Made by a program: the position numbers and the translations under genes. This document shows positions 19,276 through 28,667 of a DNA stretch of 33,387 bases, one piece after another; the stretch's first letter is position 1, and every line of letters starts with the position of its first letter. This stretch comes from Promethearchaeia archaeon (lineage in GTDB: Archaea; Asgardarchaeota; Lokiarchaeia; Sigyniarchaeales; SOKP01): positions 1 through 33,387 of the forward strand of contig JAHQWL010000057.1 in assembly GCA_029856155.1 (NCBI GenBank). Reading direction: 5' to 3'. The notes under the pieces are model-generated. The model searched no databases. It was not told the DNA's origin and saw only the letters and a list, made by a program, of their open reading frames with translations.

Positions 19276-20322
19276 ATGACTCTTCAAGATTTAGGAATCT
19301 CTTATAAAAAAATTGAAAAAAAATACGTTTGTTACATTAATTTTCGTGGAGAAATAAAAGATATATTTCCTAAAATTGATGAATTATATCAAAATTGTAA
19401 AAACCATGTTTTTAGACCCGCTATTGCAGTCATAGATTATGGTGTGTATAGTGAGGGGGGAAAAGATATAGATCTATGCTTCGAACTTAAAAATATAATG
19501 AAATTCAATAATTTAAAAACGAAATATCTTGAAAAAATTGAGGTTTTATCTTTAATACATCAAGGTACACTCGACACAATAGGCAAAACTTTCCAGAAAA
19601 TAACTTATTATTTACAAGAGCATCTAATTTCTGGTACTAGTTGGTTAAGACTTGTTTACCATAAATTCGATGAGAAGAATCCATATGAAAACCAGATAGA
19701 AATTCAATTTCAATTACATAAATGGGATACTAGATTAGAAAAAAGCCTTGATAGAATATTTGGTAAAATTATTAGAAATGAAATTATGAAAGATAGAGAT
19801 AAGTTATTTACATTAGAATCATCTAATGAAGATCGATTACATTGGCTTAAGGATGTCTTAAATCGAATTGATACCCACGCTAATGAAGGAGAGAAGTATG
19901 AAATATTATCATGTTGTGCCCATGAATTCTCTAAAAAGCGTATTGAATATTTAAAGGGCATTTACGAGAAAAATGGTGATATTGATGCGGTTATAAAAGA
20001 AATGTCTAAAGATTACGCGTGGTACGAAAATCCAGTACGAAAAGGCAATAGAATATATGTAAGTAAGATACCTGTGAATCCAGAAGGCTATGAAAAGGCT
20101 AAAACTTCTGAAGAAAAGAAAAAAAATTATTGTCACTGTCGCTTTATCAATGAAAATTTAGATAAAGGTTTATCTCCTACTTTTTGTAATTGCAGTACTG
20201 GTTGGTATCGCCAATATTGGGAAGGAATTTTAGGAAAACCAGTTCGAATCAAAATCTTAAAATCCCTTTTAAAAGGTGATGATATTTGTCAATTTGAAAT
20301 AAATCTTCCTCAAAATTATTAG
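19276..20322 (+). CDS. GyrI-like small-molecule-binding domain fused to a Cys-rich DUF6144/V4R-like domain
   Basis: N-terminal GyrI-like pattern (DIDLCFEL, LIHQGTLDTI, EIQF); C-terminal SCCAH, YCHC, FCNCSTGW, GDDICQF. Confidence 0.7.
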   Translation: MTLQDLGISYKKIEKKYVCYINFRGEIKDIFPKIDELYQNCKNHVFRPAIAVIDYGVYSEGGKDIDLCFELKNIMKFNNLKTKYLEKIEVLSLIHQGTLDTIGKTFQKITYYLQEHLISGTSWLRLVYHKFDEKNPYENQIEIQFQLHKWDTRLEKSLDRIFGKIIRNEIMKDRDKLFTLESSNEDRLHWLKDVLNRIDTHANEGEKYEILSCCAHEFSKKRIEYLKGIYEKNGDIDAVIKEMSKDYAWYENPVRKGNRIYVSKIPVNPEGYEKAKTSEEKKKNYCHCRFINENLDKGLSPTFCNCSTGWYRQYWEGILGKPVRIKILKSLLKGDDICQFEINLPQNY

Positions 20323-20397
20323 TTAACTTCTAATAATTCAATTAATAATAAAATAAAACGAGATAGAAAAAGACAACCATTGATCTTTATAAGAAAA

Positions 20398-20631
20398 TTA
20401 ATATCTTCTGTCTTTTGAAACAATCTTTACTTTTAATGCCTCAGGACCTTTTCCTTCTTTTGATTCTTTTAGTTCAAATTCTACTTCATCGCCCATATCG
20501 AGTTTTCTAAATCCATCCATATTAATATTTGAAAAATGAACAAATACATCATCTTGATCAGCGACACTAATGAAACCAAAACCCTTTTTCGCATCAAACC
20601 ATTTAACGACCCCACTCTTCTTTTCTGGCAT
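20398..20631 (-). CDS. cspA: Cold-shock domain protein (CspA family)
   Basis: GVVKWFDAKKGFGFI (RNP1), DVFVHFS (RNP2), GKGPEA. Confidence 0.93.
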   Translation of the reverse strand: MPEKKSGVVKWFDAKKGFGFISVADQDDVFVHFSNINMDGFRKLDMGDEVEFELKESKEGKGPEALKVKIVSKDRRY

Positions 20632-20819
20632 GAATAACTCTCTTGTTTTTAATTTTTGTTTTAAAACAAAATATTGTTCAAACGCTCTAGCTATTTTATT
20701 TTACTGAAATATTACTTTGAAATTATCTAGAAAAATAAATTTTTATTTTAAACTTTTTTTACTATCCTTTCTTTTCTTGATAAAAGCAATATATAATCAT
20801 TTACTTAATTTATATAAGC

Positions 20820-22178
20820 ATGATTTTTGACAAAGTACTAGAAATTTACCAGAAATATTACATATGCATTCATTGCCTTGGCAGAATGTTTTCTCTTTTA
20901 GGATCATATACAACAAACTATGAAAGAGGAAATTCTTTATTACTATCATTAACAATGGAAAATCATAGTAATTATCTATCTGGAGACAATGTTCTCCAAA
21001 AAAAATCAATCACTAATTTGAAATTATTAGCTGAAAATGCTTATTATTATCCCAGTCAAAAAGTGTTATCAAATGAAGGGTTAAATTTTGTAAAGAATGA
21101 TTCAAATCAAGTCTGCTATTTATGCCATAACATTTTTTCAGATTTTCACAAATATATAAAAAAGTCAACAGAATTACTTAAAGAAATTGAATTCAATAAC
21201 TTTTTAATTGGTTCAAGTCCCAAAGCTCAGATTATTAATCAAGAAGATAAATTTAAGGCAGAATTTAATCTTTTAGAAGCTGAATCCTTTAAAAGTCATT
21301 TCAATCGGGTAATAGGAAAAGAATTAATGAAAATTCTCAATAAACCTCCTGAATTTAACCATCCTGAAGCATTATTAATAATATCTTTTGATTTTGAAAA
21401 TTTTAATGTTGAATTAATATTAAAATCCATTTATATTTATGGAAGATACAATAAATCGATAAGAGGAATTCCACAGACTCATTGGTTTTGTAAAAAATGT
21501 ATGGGAGAAGGTTGTGAATTATGTAACTATACTGGAAAACAATACCTTACTACTGTTGAAGATCTAATAAGTCCAGGATTTGTTTTAGCTTCAAAAGCAC
21601 ATGATTCAAAATTCCATGGAGCGGGAAGAGAAGACATAGATGTAAGAATGCTAGGCTCGGGAAGACCTTTTATTCTCGAACTAAGAAATCCTAAAATTAG
21701 AAATTTAGATTTAGTTAAAATAGAAAGGCATGTTAACAAAAAAAATAGAAAAAAAATAAGAATTAATAATTTAAGATACAGTAGTAAGAAAGAAGTAATC
21801 GAACTAAAATCTAATGCAAAAGATACAAAAAAAGTCTATAAAGCTATTGTAAAGGCTGAAAGCAAGATTGATAAAGAAAAATTTGGTTCTATTGTATTAG
21901 AACTAAAGAAATCTTTTGAAAATCAAGAAATTCATCAAAGAACCCCTTATAGAGTTTCTCATCGTCGTGCTGATAAAATAAGAGATAAATTCATTTATCA
22001 GATTAATGGTAAATATATTAACCCTAAAATTTTCGAATTTATTATAGAAACTCAAGGGGGAACATATATAAAAGAATTGATTAGTGGTGATGAGGGTAGA
22101 ACAACTCCTTCCTTCTCAGAGATTTTTAAAACAAAATTAGTTTGTAAAGAACTAGATGTATTAGAAATTTCAATTTAA
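20820..22178 (+). CDS. pus10: tRNA pseudouridine(54/55) synthase Pus10
   Basis: CIHCLGR, GRYNK..RGIPQT, FHGAGREDIDVRMLG.GRPF, QRTP.RV.HRRAD, GGTYIKELISGD.GRT.PS. Confidence 0.95.
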   Translation: MIFDKVLEIYQKYYICIHCLGRMFSLLGSYTTNYERGNSLLLSLTMENHSNYLSGDNVLQKKSITNLKLLAENAYYYPSQKVLSNEGLNFVKNDSNQVCYLCHNIFSDFHKYIKKSTELLKEIEFNNFLIGSSPKAQIINQEDKFKAEFNLLEAESFKSHFNRVIGKELMKILNKPPEFNHPEALLIISFDFENFNVELILKSIYIYGRYNKSIRGIPQTHWFCKKCMGEGCELCNYTGKQYLTTVEDLISPGFVLASKAHDSKFHGAGREDIDVRMLGSGRPFILELRNPKIRNLDLVKIERHVNKKNRKKIRINNLRYSSKKEVIELKSNAKDTKKVYKAIVKAESKIDKEKFGSIVLELKKSFENQEIHQRTPYRVSHRRADKIRDKFIYQINGKYINPKIFEFIIETQGGTYIKELISGDEGRTTPSFSEIFKTKLVCKELDVLEISI

Positions 22179-22290
22179 TTCTGAAAGTATCAATATTTCT
22201 TTGGTTAAAATCAAAAAATAAATAAATTATCATTCATAAATCTACTAAATTAATTTATTACTTATATAATAATCTAAAAGGTGTATCGCA

Positions 22291-22602
22291 ATAGTAAAGC
22301 ACCGCGGATTTCGCACGAAAACAAGGCATAAGCATAGAAAAAATGTACGTAAGAGAGGTTTAGGTTCTGTGGAAAAATATCTGATAGATTATAATGTTAA
22401 TGATAAAGTAGATATTATTACAGATCCTTCCCAACATAAACGTGGGATGCCTCACTCCAGATTTCACGGTAGAACAGGTACAGTTATTGGTCAAAGAGGT
22501 CGCTGTTATTTAGTTGAGGTAAAATTGGGAGACTCTAAAAAGACTTTAATAATTGGAAAAGAACATCTAAGATTAAACGCCGTTTCAATTAAAGAAAACT
22601 AA
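22291..22602 (+). CDS. rpl21e: 50S ribosomal protein L21e, probable ATA start
   Basis: HKRGMPHSRFHGRTGTV and KEHLR. The conserved basic N-terminus VKHRGFRTKTRHKHRKNVRKRG lies upstream of the ORF-track GTG at 22369. Confidence 0.92.
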   Translation: MVKHRGFRTKTRHKHRKNVRKRGLGSVEKYLIDYNVNDKVDIITDPSQHKRGMPHSRFHGRTGTVIGQRGRCYLVEVKLGDSKKTLIIGKEHLRLNAVSIKEN

Positions 22603-22622
22603 AAAATTTAGAGGAAAAAACT

Positions 22623-22988
22623 ATGTCTGGACGAAAAAAGGATGAAAAAACGGTTTCAATACCTGAAGTTAAAGAAATAATGGAAACTGTAAAAGATCAA
22701 CTATCAGCAATTGATTCTGATGAGGGAATGTCTCATTTTCAAGAAATCACCTATAATTATGTGAATAAATTTGCGAAATATGACGCAAAAATAGCGAAAA
22801 AAGTAAAGAAACTATTGATGGAAAAGTATGAGATTGAGGAAATTTATACTATTAATATTCTTAACATCGATCCACAAACAGTTCCAGAATTACGGGTGAT
22901 CCTAGAAAAAAGTTTCACGGGGAAGACTTTAACAGATGAACAACTCCAAGAGTTATTATATCAAATAGATGATATCAAAACTTCCTAA
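22623..22988 (+). CDS. rpo4: DNA-directed RNA polymerase subunit Rpo4 (F)
   Basis: VSIPEVKEIM, QEITYNYVNKFAK, ILNIDPQTVPELRVIL; conserved position between rpl21e and DUF655. Confidence 0.88.
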   Translation: MSGRKKDEKTVSIPEVKEIMETVKDQLSAIDSDEGMSHFQEITYNYVNKFAKYDAKIAKKVKKLLMEKYEIEEIYTINILNIDPQTVPELRVILEKSFTGKTLTDEQLQELLYQIDDIKTS

Positions 22989-23155
22989 ACCTTTTTATCC
23001 TTATTATAAAATTTAGACTCTTGATTTTAAAATTCGAAGAATTTATAAGTCTCAATCTCTATATTTCTAATGAACAATCCCATCTAATTATGTAGTTCAT
23101 TACAATAAAAATTTTGAAATGGTAATCGGAAAAGTAAAAAAAAAAATAATTAGTA

Positions 23156-23800
23156 ATGATGGAAAGAAGAGAGCGAAAAAGAGGTCCTCCGCGCAGAAGA
23201 AATTATCGAAGCGGTTCGAAAAAGAAAAAACAATTTATAAAGAAATTTCGGGAAGTTGTTGTCTTAGATCTATTAATACATGGTCATCCCGAAGAGGATA
23301 AGCCAAGTTGGGCCAAAACACCAATCGCACAAGTTCTTACTTTTCCAGATTTTGTTCTTTATGAAGTTAAAGTTAATAAAAGCTCTAATATCCAAGTTCA
23401 AGAACAAAAAACCTATGAAGAGTTCGTAAAGGAAGAAAAATTAAATGATGTCTTAAAAAAAATAGATTATAATGATTTAACTAGTACTTCAAAAGCGTTA
23501 ATTCAACCAATTCTCGAAAAAGAAGTCCTAAAATATGAAGAAGAATTTATTAATTTTTTTAATAATTCTACTTCGATTACACCACGAATGCATGCTTTAA
23601 AATTATTACCTGGAATTGGACAAAAGCACATGTGGGAAATACTTAATGCTAGAGAGAGACAAAAATTTGGGACATTTCAAGATATTGCTGATAGAACTAG
23701 TATTTCTCATCCCGCTAGATTGATTGCACAGAGAATTATCAAAGAACTTCAACGAGATGTAAAATATTATCTTTTTAGCAAAACTCAAAAATATGAATGA
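23156..23800 (+). CDS. DUF655 family putative nucleic-acid-binding protein
   Basis: VVLDLL, IDYNDLT, FINFFN, ITPRMHALKLLPGIGQKHMWEIL, KYYLF; conserved context. Confidence 0.9.
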   Translation: MMERRERKRGPPRRRNYRSGSKKKKQFIKKFREVVVLDLLIHGHPEEDKPSWAKTPIAQVLTFPDFVLYEVKVNKSSNIQVQEQKTYEEFVKEEKLNDVLKKIDYNDLTSTSKALIQPILEKEVLKYEEEFINFFNNSTSITPRMHALKLLPGIGQKHMWEILNARERQKFGTFQDIADRTSISHPARLIAQRIIKELQRDVKYYLFSKTQKYE

Positions 23801-24642
23801 GTTTCATGAACAAAAAAGAAGTACAACTCATTTTAAAGCAACTGGGAATAATTCCCAATAAAATGCTTGGTCAAAATTTTTTAACTGATAAAAATGTTGT
23901 AAAAAAGATTATCAAGTTCTCTGAAGTTTCTCAAAATGATATTATTTTGGAAATTGGACCGGGTTTAGGAATTTTAACGGGAGAATTAGCAGATTTAAGT
24001 AAAAAAATCTATGGTATTGAGATTGATAATCGTCTCTGTTCATATTTAAAGGATAAATTATCTATTTATGACAATATTGAGATTATCCATGGAGATGTAC
24101 TTGACATTGAATTACCAAATCATAACAAAGTTATTTCAAATATTCCTTATACTATTACTGGACCGCTTATAGATAAGATTTTTTTTAATATTAATTCACC
24201 TAAAGGTATATTACTTTTAGAAAAAAGTATTGCTAATCGAATTTTTCTATCAGGAAATTATAAAGATTATTCGCGGATCAGTATCGGAGTTAATGCGTTT
24301 ATGAAACCCGTTTTAAGATCAGATATTTCAAGACAAAGTTTTTACCCCATTCCAAAAATCGAGTTATCTCTTATTAAAATTGTACCGCGAGATGATATTC
24401 ATCCATTTCTCTCAGAAAAAGATTCAATTAACTTTTTTTTAAAATTTGTTGCTGGAATAATGCCATACAAGAATAAAAATATTGTAAATGGAATAGGATA
24501 TTTTTTAAAAAATCTAAACGCAAATCATCATACAAGAGAAAAAATTCTTGAAATTTTATATAAAAACAACTTTGAGAATAAAAAGGTTTTTAGCTTTAAT
24601 ATTGAAGAGTTAATTGAGATTAGCAAACTTTTTTATTATTAA
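23797..24642 (+). CDS. rsmA: 16S rRNA (adenine-N6,N6)-dimethyltransferase RsmA/KsgA/Dim1
   Basis: LGQNFL, ILEIGPGLGILT, IEID, SNIPYTIT, FYPIPK; ATGA overlap with the DUF655 stop. Confidence 0.94.
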   Translation: MSFMNKKEVQLILKQLGIIPNKMLGQNFLTDKNVVKKIIKFSEVSQNDIILEIGPGLGILTGELADLSKKIYGIEIDNRLCSYLKDKLSIYDNIEIIHGDVLDIELPNHNKVISNIPYTITGPLIDKIFFNINSPKGILLLEKSIANRIFLSGNYKDYSRISIGVNAFMKPVLRSDISRQSFYPIPKIELSLIKIVPRDDIHPFLSEKDSINFFLKFVAGIMPYKNKNIVNGIGYFLKNLNANHHTREKILEILYKNNFENKKVFSFNIEELIEISKLFYY

Positions 24643-24659
24643 AGGAAAATTAAGAATAA

Positions 24660-25355
24660 GTGATACTCATTCCTCTCATACCCGACCCAGTAATTAGCTG
24701 TGATTTTGAAAATGTTTATACTCCTTCTGATGATAGTTATCTATTAATTGACTATTTCAAAGGTAATATTAATGAAAATCAGTTTGATGGTATAAATATT
24801 AGTGAGATTGAAAATATTTTAGATTTGGGTACGGGAACAGGGATAATTGCTATTCTTTTTCAATTAATTAAAGTACAATACCCAAATTTTAATCCTAAAA
24901 TCTATGCTTCAGACATTTTAAAAGAAGCAATAGAGTGTGCTAAAATAAATGAAGAAGCAAATAAAATCAATAAGGAAATCACTTTTTTTCACTCTGATTT
25001 ATTTATATCCTTTCCAGAAAGATTAAAAGATTCTTTTAATATTATCGTTTTTAATCCCCCTTACTTGCCATCCTCACAATTAATAAATCAAAATTATGAG
25101 AAAAAAATAATAGATTATAGTTGGGATGGGGGATTAAAAGGATATGAAACTTTAATTAGTTTTCTTGAAAATGCCAAACTTTTCCTAAACTTGAAGAAAG
25201 ATCATAGTATTTATTTTATTACTTCAAGCAGAACTGACTTGCTAGAATTAAATGAAAAAATTAAAAATTTAAGTTATAAAAATAAATTAGTGGAAAAAAG
25301 ACATATATTTTTCGAGGATATTTTTTTAAACAAGCTACAATATAAAACTCATTAG
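24660..25355 (+). CDS. HemK2/Mtq2/N6AMT1-like (release factor glutamine) methyltransferase
   Basis: VYTPSDDSYLL, LDLGTGTG, SDLF, FNPPYLP, WDGG..G, FFEDI. GTG start. Confidence 0.88.
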   Translation: MILIPLIPDPVISCDFENVYTPSDDSYLLIDYFKGNINENQFDGINISEIENILDLGTGTGIIAILFQLIKVQYPNFNPKIYASDILKEAIECAKINEEANKINKEITFFHSDLFISFPERLKDSFNIIVFNPPYLPSSQLINQNYEKKIIDYSWDGGLKGYETLISFLENAKLFLNLKKDHSIYFITSSRTDLLELNEKIKNLSYKNKLVEKRHIFFEDIFLNKLQYKTH

Positions 25356-26632
25356 AAAGGTCTTCTATCTCTTCTTTTTTCTAATAAAGAAACACCATGG
25401 GTATTTAGTGTCCTAGTTAAATTATTAAGTAGTAAATCTACTTCTTTTGGCTTAAATACAGCCCTTCTATGAGCTTCAATTTGAGGGATGGGTAAACCAT
25501 AATGTTCATTCAAGCTTGAAATTGGCAATAAAATTGATGATATTAAATCAGCTTTCTCAGAAGCTTTTTTAAGTGAATGATTTTCATCCATAAAGAATTC
25601 TATTCTACAAGGTGTATCAAATCGAGCAGTTTTTAGGTAAAATGCATAAAATGACAGTGGAAAATAATATGGTATTTCTTTTTTGATTCCAGTATCTCTA
25701 ATTTTATCAATTTCCCTCTTACAATTAAAAATACAAGATCTCTCAGACTTCTTCAATACACGGTTAAACAAATCTAAATCCGAGAAAAATTCCATTAGTT
25801 TTCGATAATTTATTTTTAGAAAATCGGGTAAATTTGAATAGCTTGGTTTCAGTAATTGGATAGACTCTTGTAAAAGATGAGTTAATGCAGAAGTTCTCGT
25901 ATCTTTAATTGAACCAATTAATAATATTCCATTTTCCTTACAATATGAATACAATTTATGATATTCTTTCAGAAGCTTGTCATATTTTCTCGATATTTCA
26001 TGATCTTTAGAAAATAATAAATTGATTGGCATAATAACAATCGATCCATCAATTATTATCATATCAATCTCTGGAGATTTTCTGATCATATTATTCAGAA
26101 GATTGATCTCCATGAAATTCATATCAATTGAAATTTTAGTTTCTACCGCAATCTCATCCTGATTAAGGAAATTTGCTTGTACATAATAATTATTAAAACC
26201 ATTTAGATCGGGATAGTATACAATTTTTGCTGTATGATTTTGTTGAAAATAATATTTTGCAGCGATTGCTTTTAAAAATGAAAAATCGACGTTCATAAAT
26301 TTTTTAGTTACCGAGCTTCCATCAACACTCACTACATTTAAACCCCTTATATTGGCGGAAGATACATTTTTTTTTAAAAAATCTTCTTTAATGTAAAATC
26401 TGGGAAAATCTATGAATTTCGAGAAGTCTATATTATCAAGATTTTTTAAAATTATATCAATGAAATTTTGTTTTAATTTTTCAAGTGCTAAGTACTCATT
26501 AGCAATAGCTTTAAGATCCTTTAGTAAAAGTTGTTCTTTAGTTAGTCCATGAGTTTCATTAATCTCATTATTATGATTATAGAGATCAGAAGTTTTTAAT
26601 TCTGGTTTTATGAACTTATCCCTAACTGTCAT
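25352..26632 (-). CDS. nurA: NurA family 5'-3' nuclease
   Basis: SVDGSS, MEI, IIDGSI, GSIKD, YGLPIPQIEAHRRA motifs. Confidence 0.85.
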   Translation of the reverse strand: MTVRDKFIKPELKTSDLYNHNNEINETHGLTKEQLLLKDLKAIANEYLALEKLKQNFIDIILKNLDNIDFSKFIDFPRFYIKEDFLKKNVSSANIRGLNVVSVDGSSVTKKFMNVDFSFLKAIAAKYYFQQNHTAKIVYYPDLNGFNNYYVQANFLNQDEIAVETKISIDMNFMEINLLNNMIRKSPEIDMIIIDGSIVIMPINLLFSKDHEISRKYDKLLKEYHKLYSYCKENGILLIGSIKDTRTSALTHLLQESIQLLKPSYSNLPDFLKINYRKLMEFFSDLDLFNRVLKKSERSCIFNCKREIDKIRDTGIKKEIPYYFPLSFYAFYLKTARFDTPCRIEFFMDENHSLKKASEKADLISSILLPISSLNEHYGLPIPQIEAHRRAVFKPKEVDLLLNNLTRTLNTHGVSLLEKRRDRRPF

Positions 26633-26725
26633 TAAAAGTATAAAAAATAGAATTAAAAATAATAATAATGAGATATTTAATTTTTTGATTTATGAGGATT
26701 ATTTAAAAACATCATTATTATAAAA

Positions 26726-27367
26726 ATGACCATAAATTTAGGACAAAATCCTTGGATTTTAATAGGATTATCCTTTTTTGAACTTCTATTTGTAATTATT
26801 CCTGCTTTAATTTCTAGCAAATTAGAAAAAAAGAGTATTATAATCACAATAAGAGAGATGGGTTTTCAAAAGAATGAAGACATTTTAATTAAAATAATAT
26901 CAGGGATAAGTTTTGGTATTTTATTTTTCTTTTTGGGTGGATATATTATAGTATTTTTTAGAGATTATTTTATAAGAAATTTGTTTGGATCTGAATTTGT
27001 AGAACTTGGACAAGAAGGAGCTATTAGTACATCCGCAATTCAACCTAATTTTATTCAAGGATTAATCCTTATTATTATACAGTTAAGTATTATAGGACCC
27101 TGTGAAGAAGCTTTTTTCAGGGGATTCCTTATAAAAAAAATCGAAATGAAATTGAAATTAACATATTCTATTATTATCTCATCTATATGTTTTACTATTT
27201 ATCATGTTCCTCCGTTCTTAGTACCTTTAACTACAATCATAACATTTTTTGGTTATTATTTTACGTATGGAGTGATGCTATCTCTTATTTATGTGTATTT
27301 TAATTATTCAATAATTCCATGCTCAATTACCCATTCGATTTTCAATATTCTTATTTTATTAATATGA
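26726..27367 (+). CDS. CPBP family intramembrane glutamic endopeptidase (Abi/Rce1)
   Basis: Intact motifs EEAFFRG, FTIYH, HSIFN; multiple TM helices. Confidence 0.9.
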   Translation: MTINLGQNPWILIGLSFFELLFVIIPALISSKLEKKSIIITIREMGFQKNEDILIKIISGISFGILFFFLGGYIIVFFRDYFIRNLFGSEFVELGQEGAISTSAIQPNFIQGLILIIIQLSIIGPCEEAFFRGFLIKKIEMKLKLTYSIIISSICFTIYHVPPFLVPLTTIITFFGYYFTYGVMLSLIYVYFNYSIIPCSITHSIFNILILLI

Positions 27368-27502
27368 TTTTTACCATTTGTTAAAATATTAATTTTAAAT
27401 TAGACAAAAATTAATTAATATTAGGTATATTACTAGTATAATTTCAACTTTATTTATTGAAATTCGAAAGAACCCCTCAAAATATCCGAATCATCAAAAA
27501 TT

Positions 27503-28027
27503 ATGACTGATTACGATTATACTTTTAAAATCATGATGTTAGGTGATGCCTCTGTAGGAAAGACATCTCTAACAATGAGATATATTTCGGGTTTTTTTAT
27601 GGAAGACCTTAAATTAACAATAGGTGTCGATTTCTATTCTAAGACAACCTCCTTTAAGAATAAAAAAGTTAAATTACAAATTTGGGATTTTGGAGGGGAA
27701 GAACGTTTTCGATTTCTACTCTCCCAATATAGCAAAGGTGCAAATGGAGCATTTTTTTTATATGATATCACTAATCAAACATCGTTAGATCACTTACCAG
27801 ATTGGACACAAGTAATTAGAGAGCATGCAGGGGATATACCGATAATGTTAATTGGTTCAAAAGTAGACTTAAATGAATTCCGAGCAGTAACTCGCGATGA
27901 TGGAATATCAGCAGCAAAAAAATATAATCTTGCTTCTTTCGTGGAATTATCATCTAAAACGGGGGAGAATGTAGAAAAAGCTTTCAATGTTATTACAGAA
28001 ATTCTTTTTGAAAAGTATTCAAGTTAA
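27503..28027 (+). CDS. Rab-like small GTPase (Ras superfamily)
   Basis: GDASVGKTS (G1), TIGVDF (G2), WDFGGEERFR (G3), SKVD (G4), SSK (G5). Confidence 0.93.
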   Translation: MTDYDYTFKIMMLGDASVGKTSLTMRYISGFFMEDLKLTIGVDFYSKTTSFKNKKVKLQIWDFGGEERFRFLLSQYSKGANGAFFLYDITNQTSLDHLPDWTQVIREHAGDIPIMLIGSKVDLNEFRAVTRDDGISAAKKYNLASFVELSSKTGENVEKAFNVITEILFEKYSS

Positions 28028-28119
28028 AAATAAAAAGTATCATCTAATTTTTGAAGTTGTAAATTTAAGTAAAATTTAAATTTTCCATCCTTAATTATAT
28101 TTATAAAATTCACTTTAGA

Positions 28120-28665
28120 ATGGTGTGTTTTATAACAGATATTAACAATGAAGAACCTCCAAGGTCAGTAGGGATTCAAATAAATACCAAAGCACCAATG
28201 ATAAATACTATAGATATCTATGAGAATCCAATAAATCTAAATGATCTGCTTCAAACTTACGATGGAGTTTTAATAGATTTTTTTCGCGGTAATTGGTGAA
28301 GTCATTGTAAAAAGCATTTAAAACTATTAACTGAGCATATCTCTGAATTTGAAAATCGAAATATTAAGGTTATCTCTATTGCAAGCGATAGCGTCAGACT
28401 TTTGAGAAAATTTAAAGAAGAGAATGGTTTTAAAATAGATCTAATTTCTGATAGAGGTGCTAAAATTGCGAAAGAATATGGCGTTTACTGGTTTGCACCT
28501 GGTGGAGGAAAAAATTATAAAATAAAACAAGCAGTGCCAAGTAAATTTCTCATTGATAAGAATGGTGAAATTATCTGGAAATACATAGGGAAAGATAAAA
28601 CTGATAGACCCTCAATTAAAATGATGGTGGAAATAATTGATAATAATATTATAAATCCCAAATAA
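28120..28665 (+). CDS. Peroxiredoxin-like AhpC/TSA family probable selenoprotein (UxxC, TGA at codon 60)
   Basis: Frame open from ATG 28120 to TAA 28665 except for one TGA at 28297-28299: MVCFITD...GIQINTKAP...GVLIDFFRGNW-U-SHCKKHL...VISIASDS...LISD..AKIAKEYGV...AVPSKFLIDKNGEIIWKY. 181 codons. Confidence 0.88.
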
Positions 28666-28667
28666 GA

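Noticed and set aside
22369-22602. GTG start for rpl21e
   Set aside because: It would delete the conserved basic N-terminal 26 residues.
1848-27367. Sec read-through at other TGA stops (1850, 14027, 23800, 27367)
   Set aside because: The proteins appear complete at these stops, and the TGA is not at a conserved Cys position.
28402-28665. 87-aa ORF as a stand-alone gene
   Set aside because: It is the C-terminal half of the UGA-containing peroxiredoxin-like gene starting at 28120.
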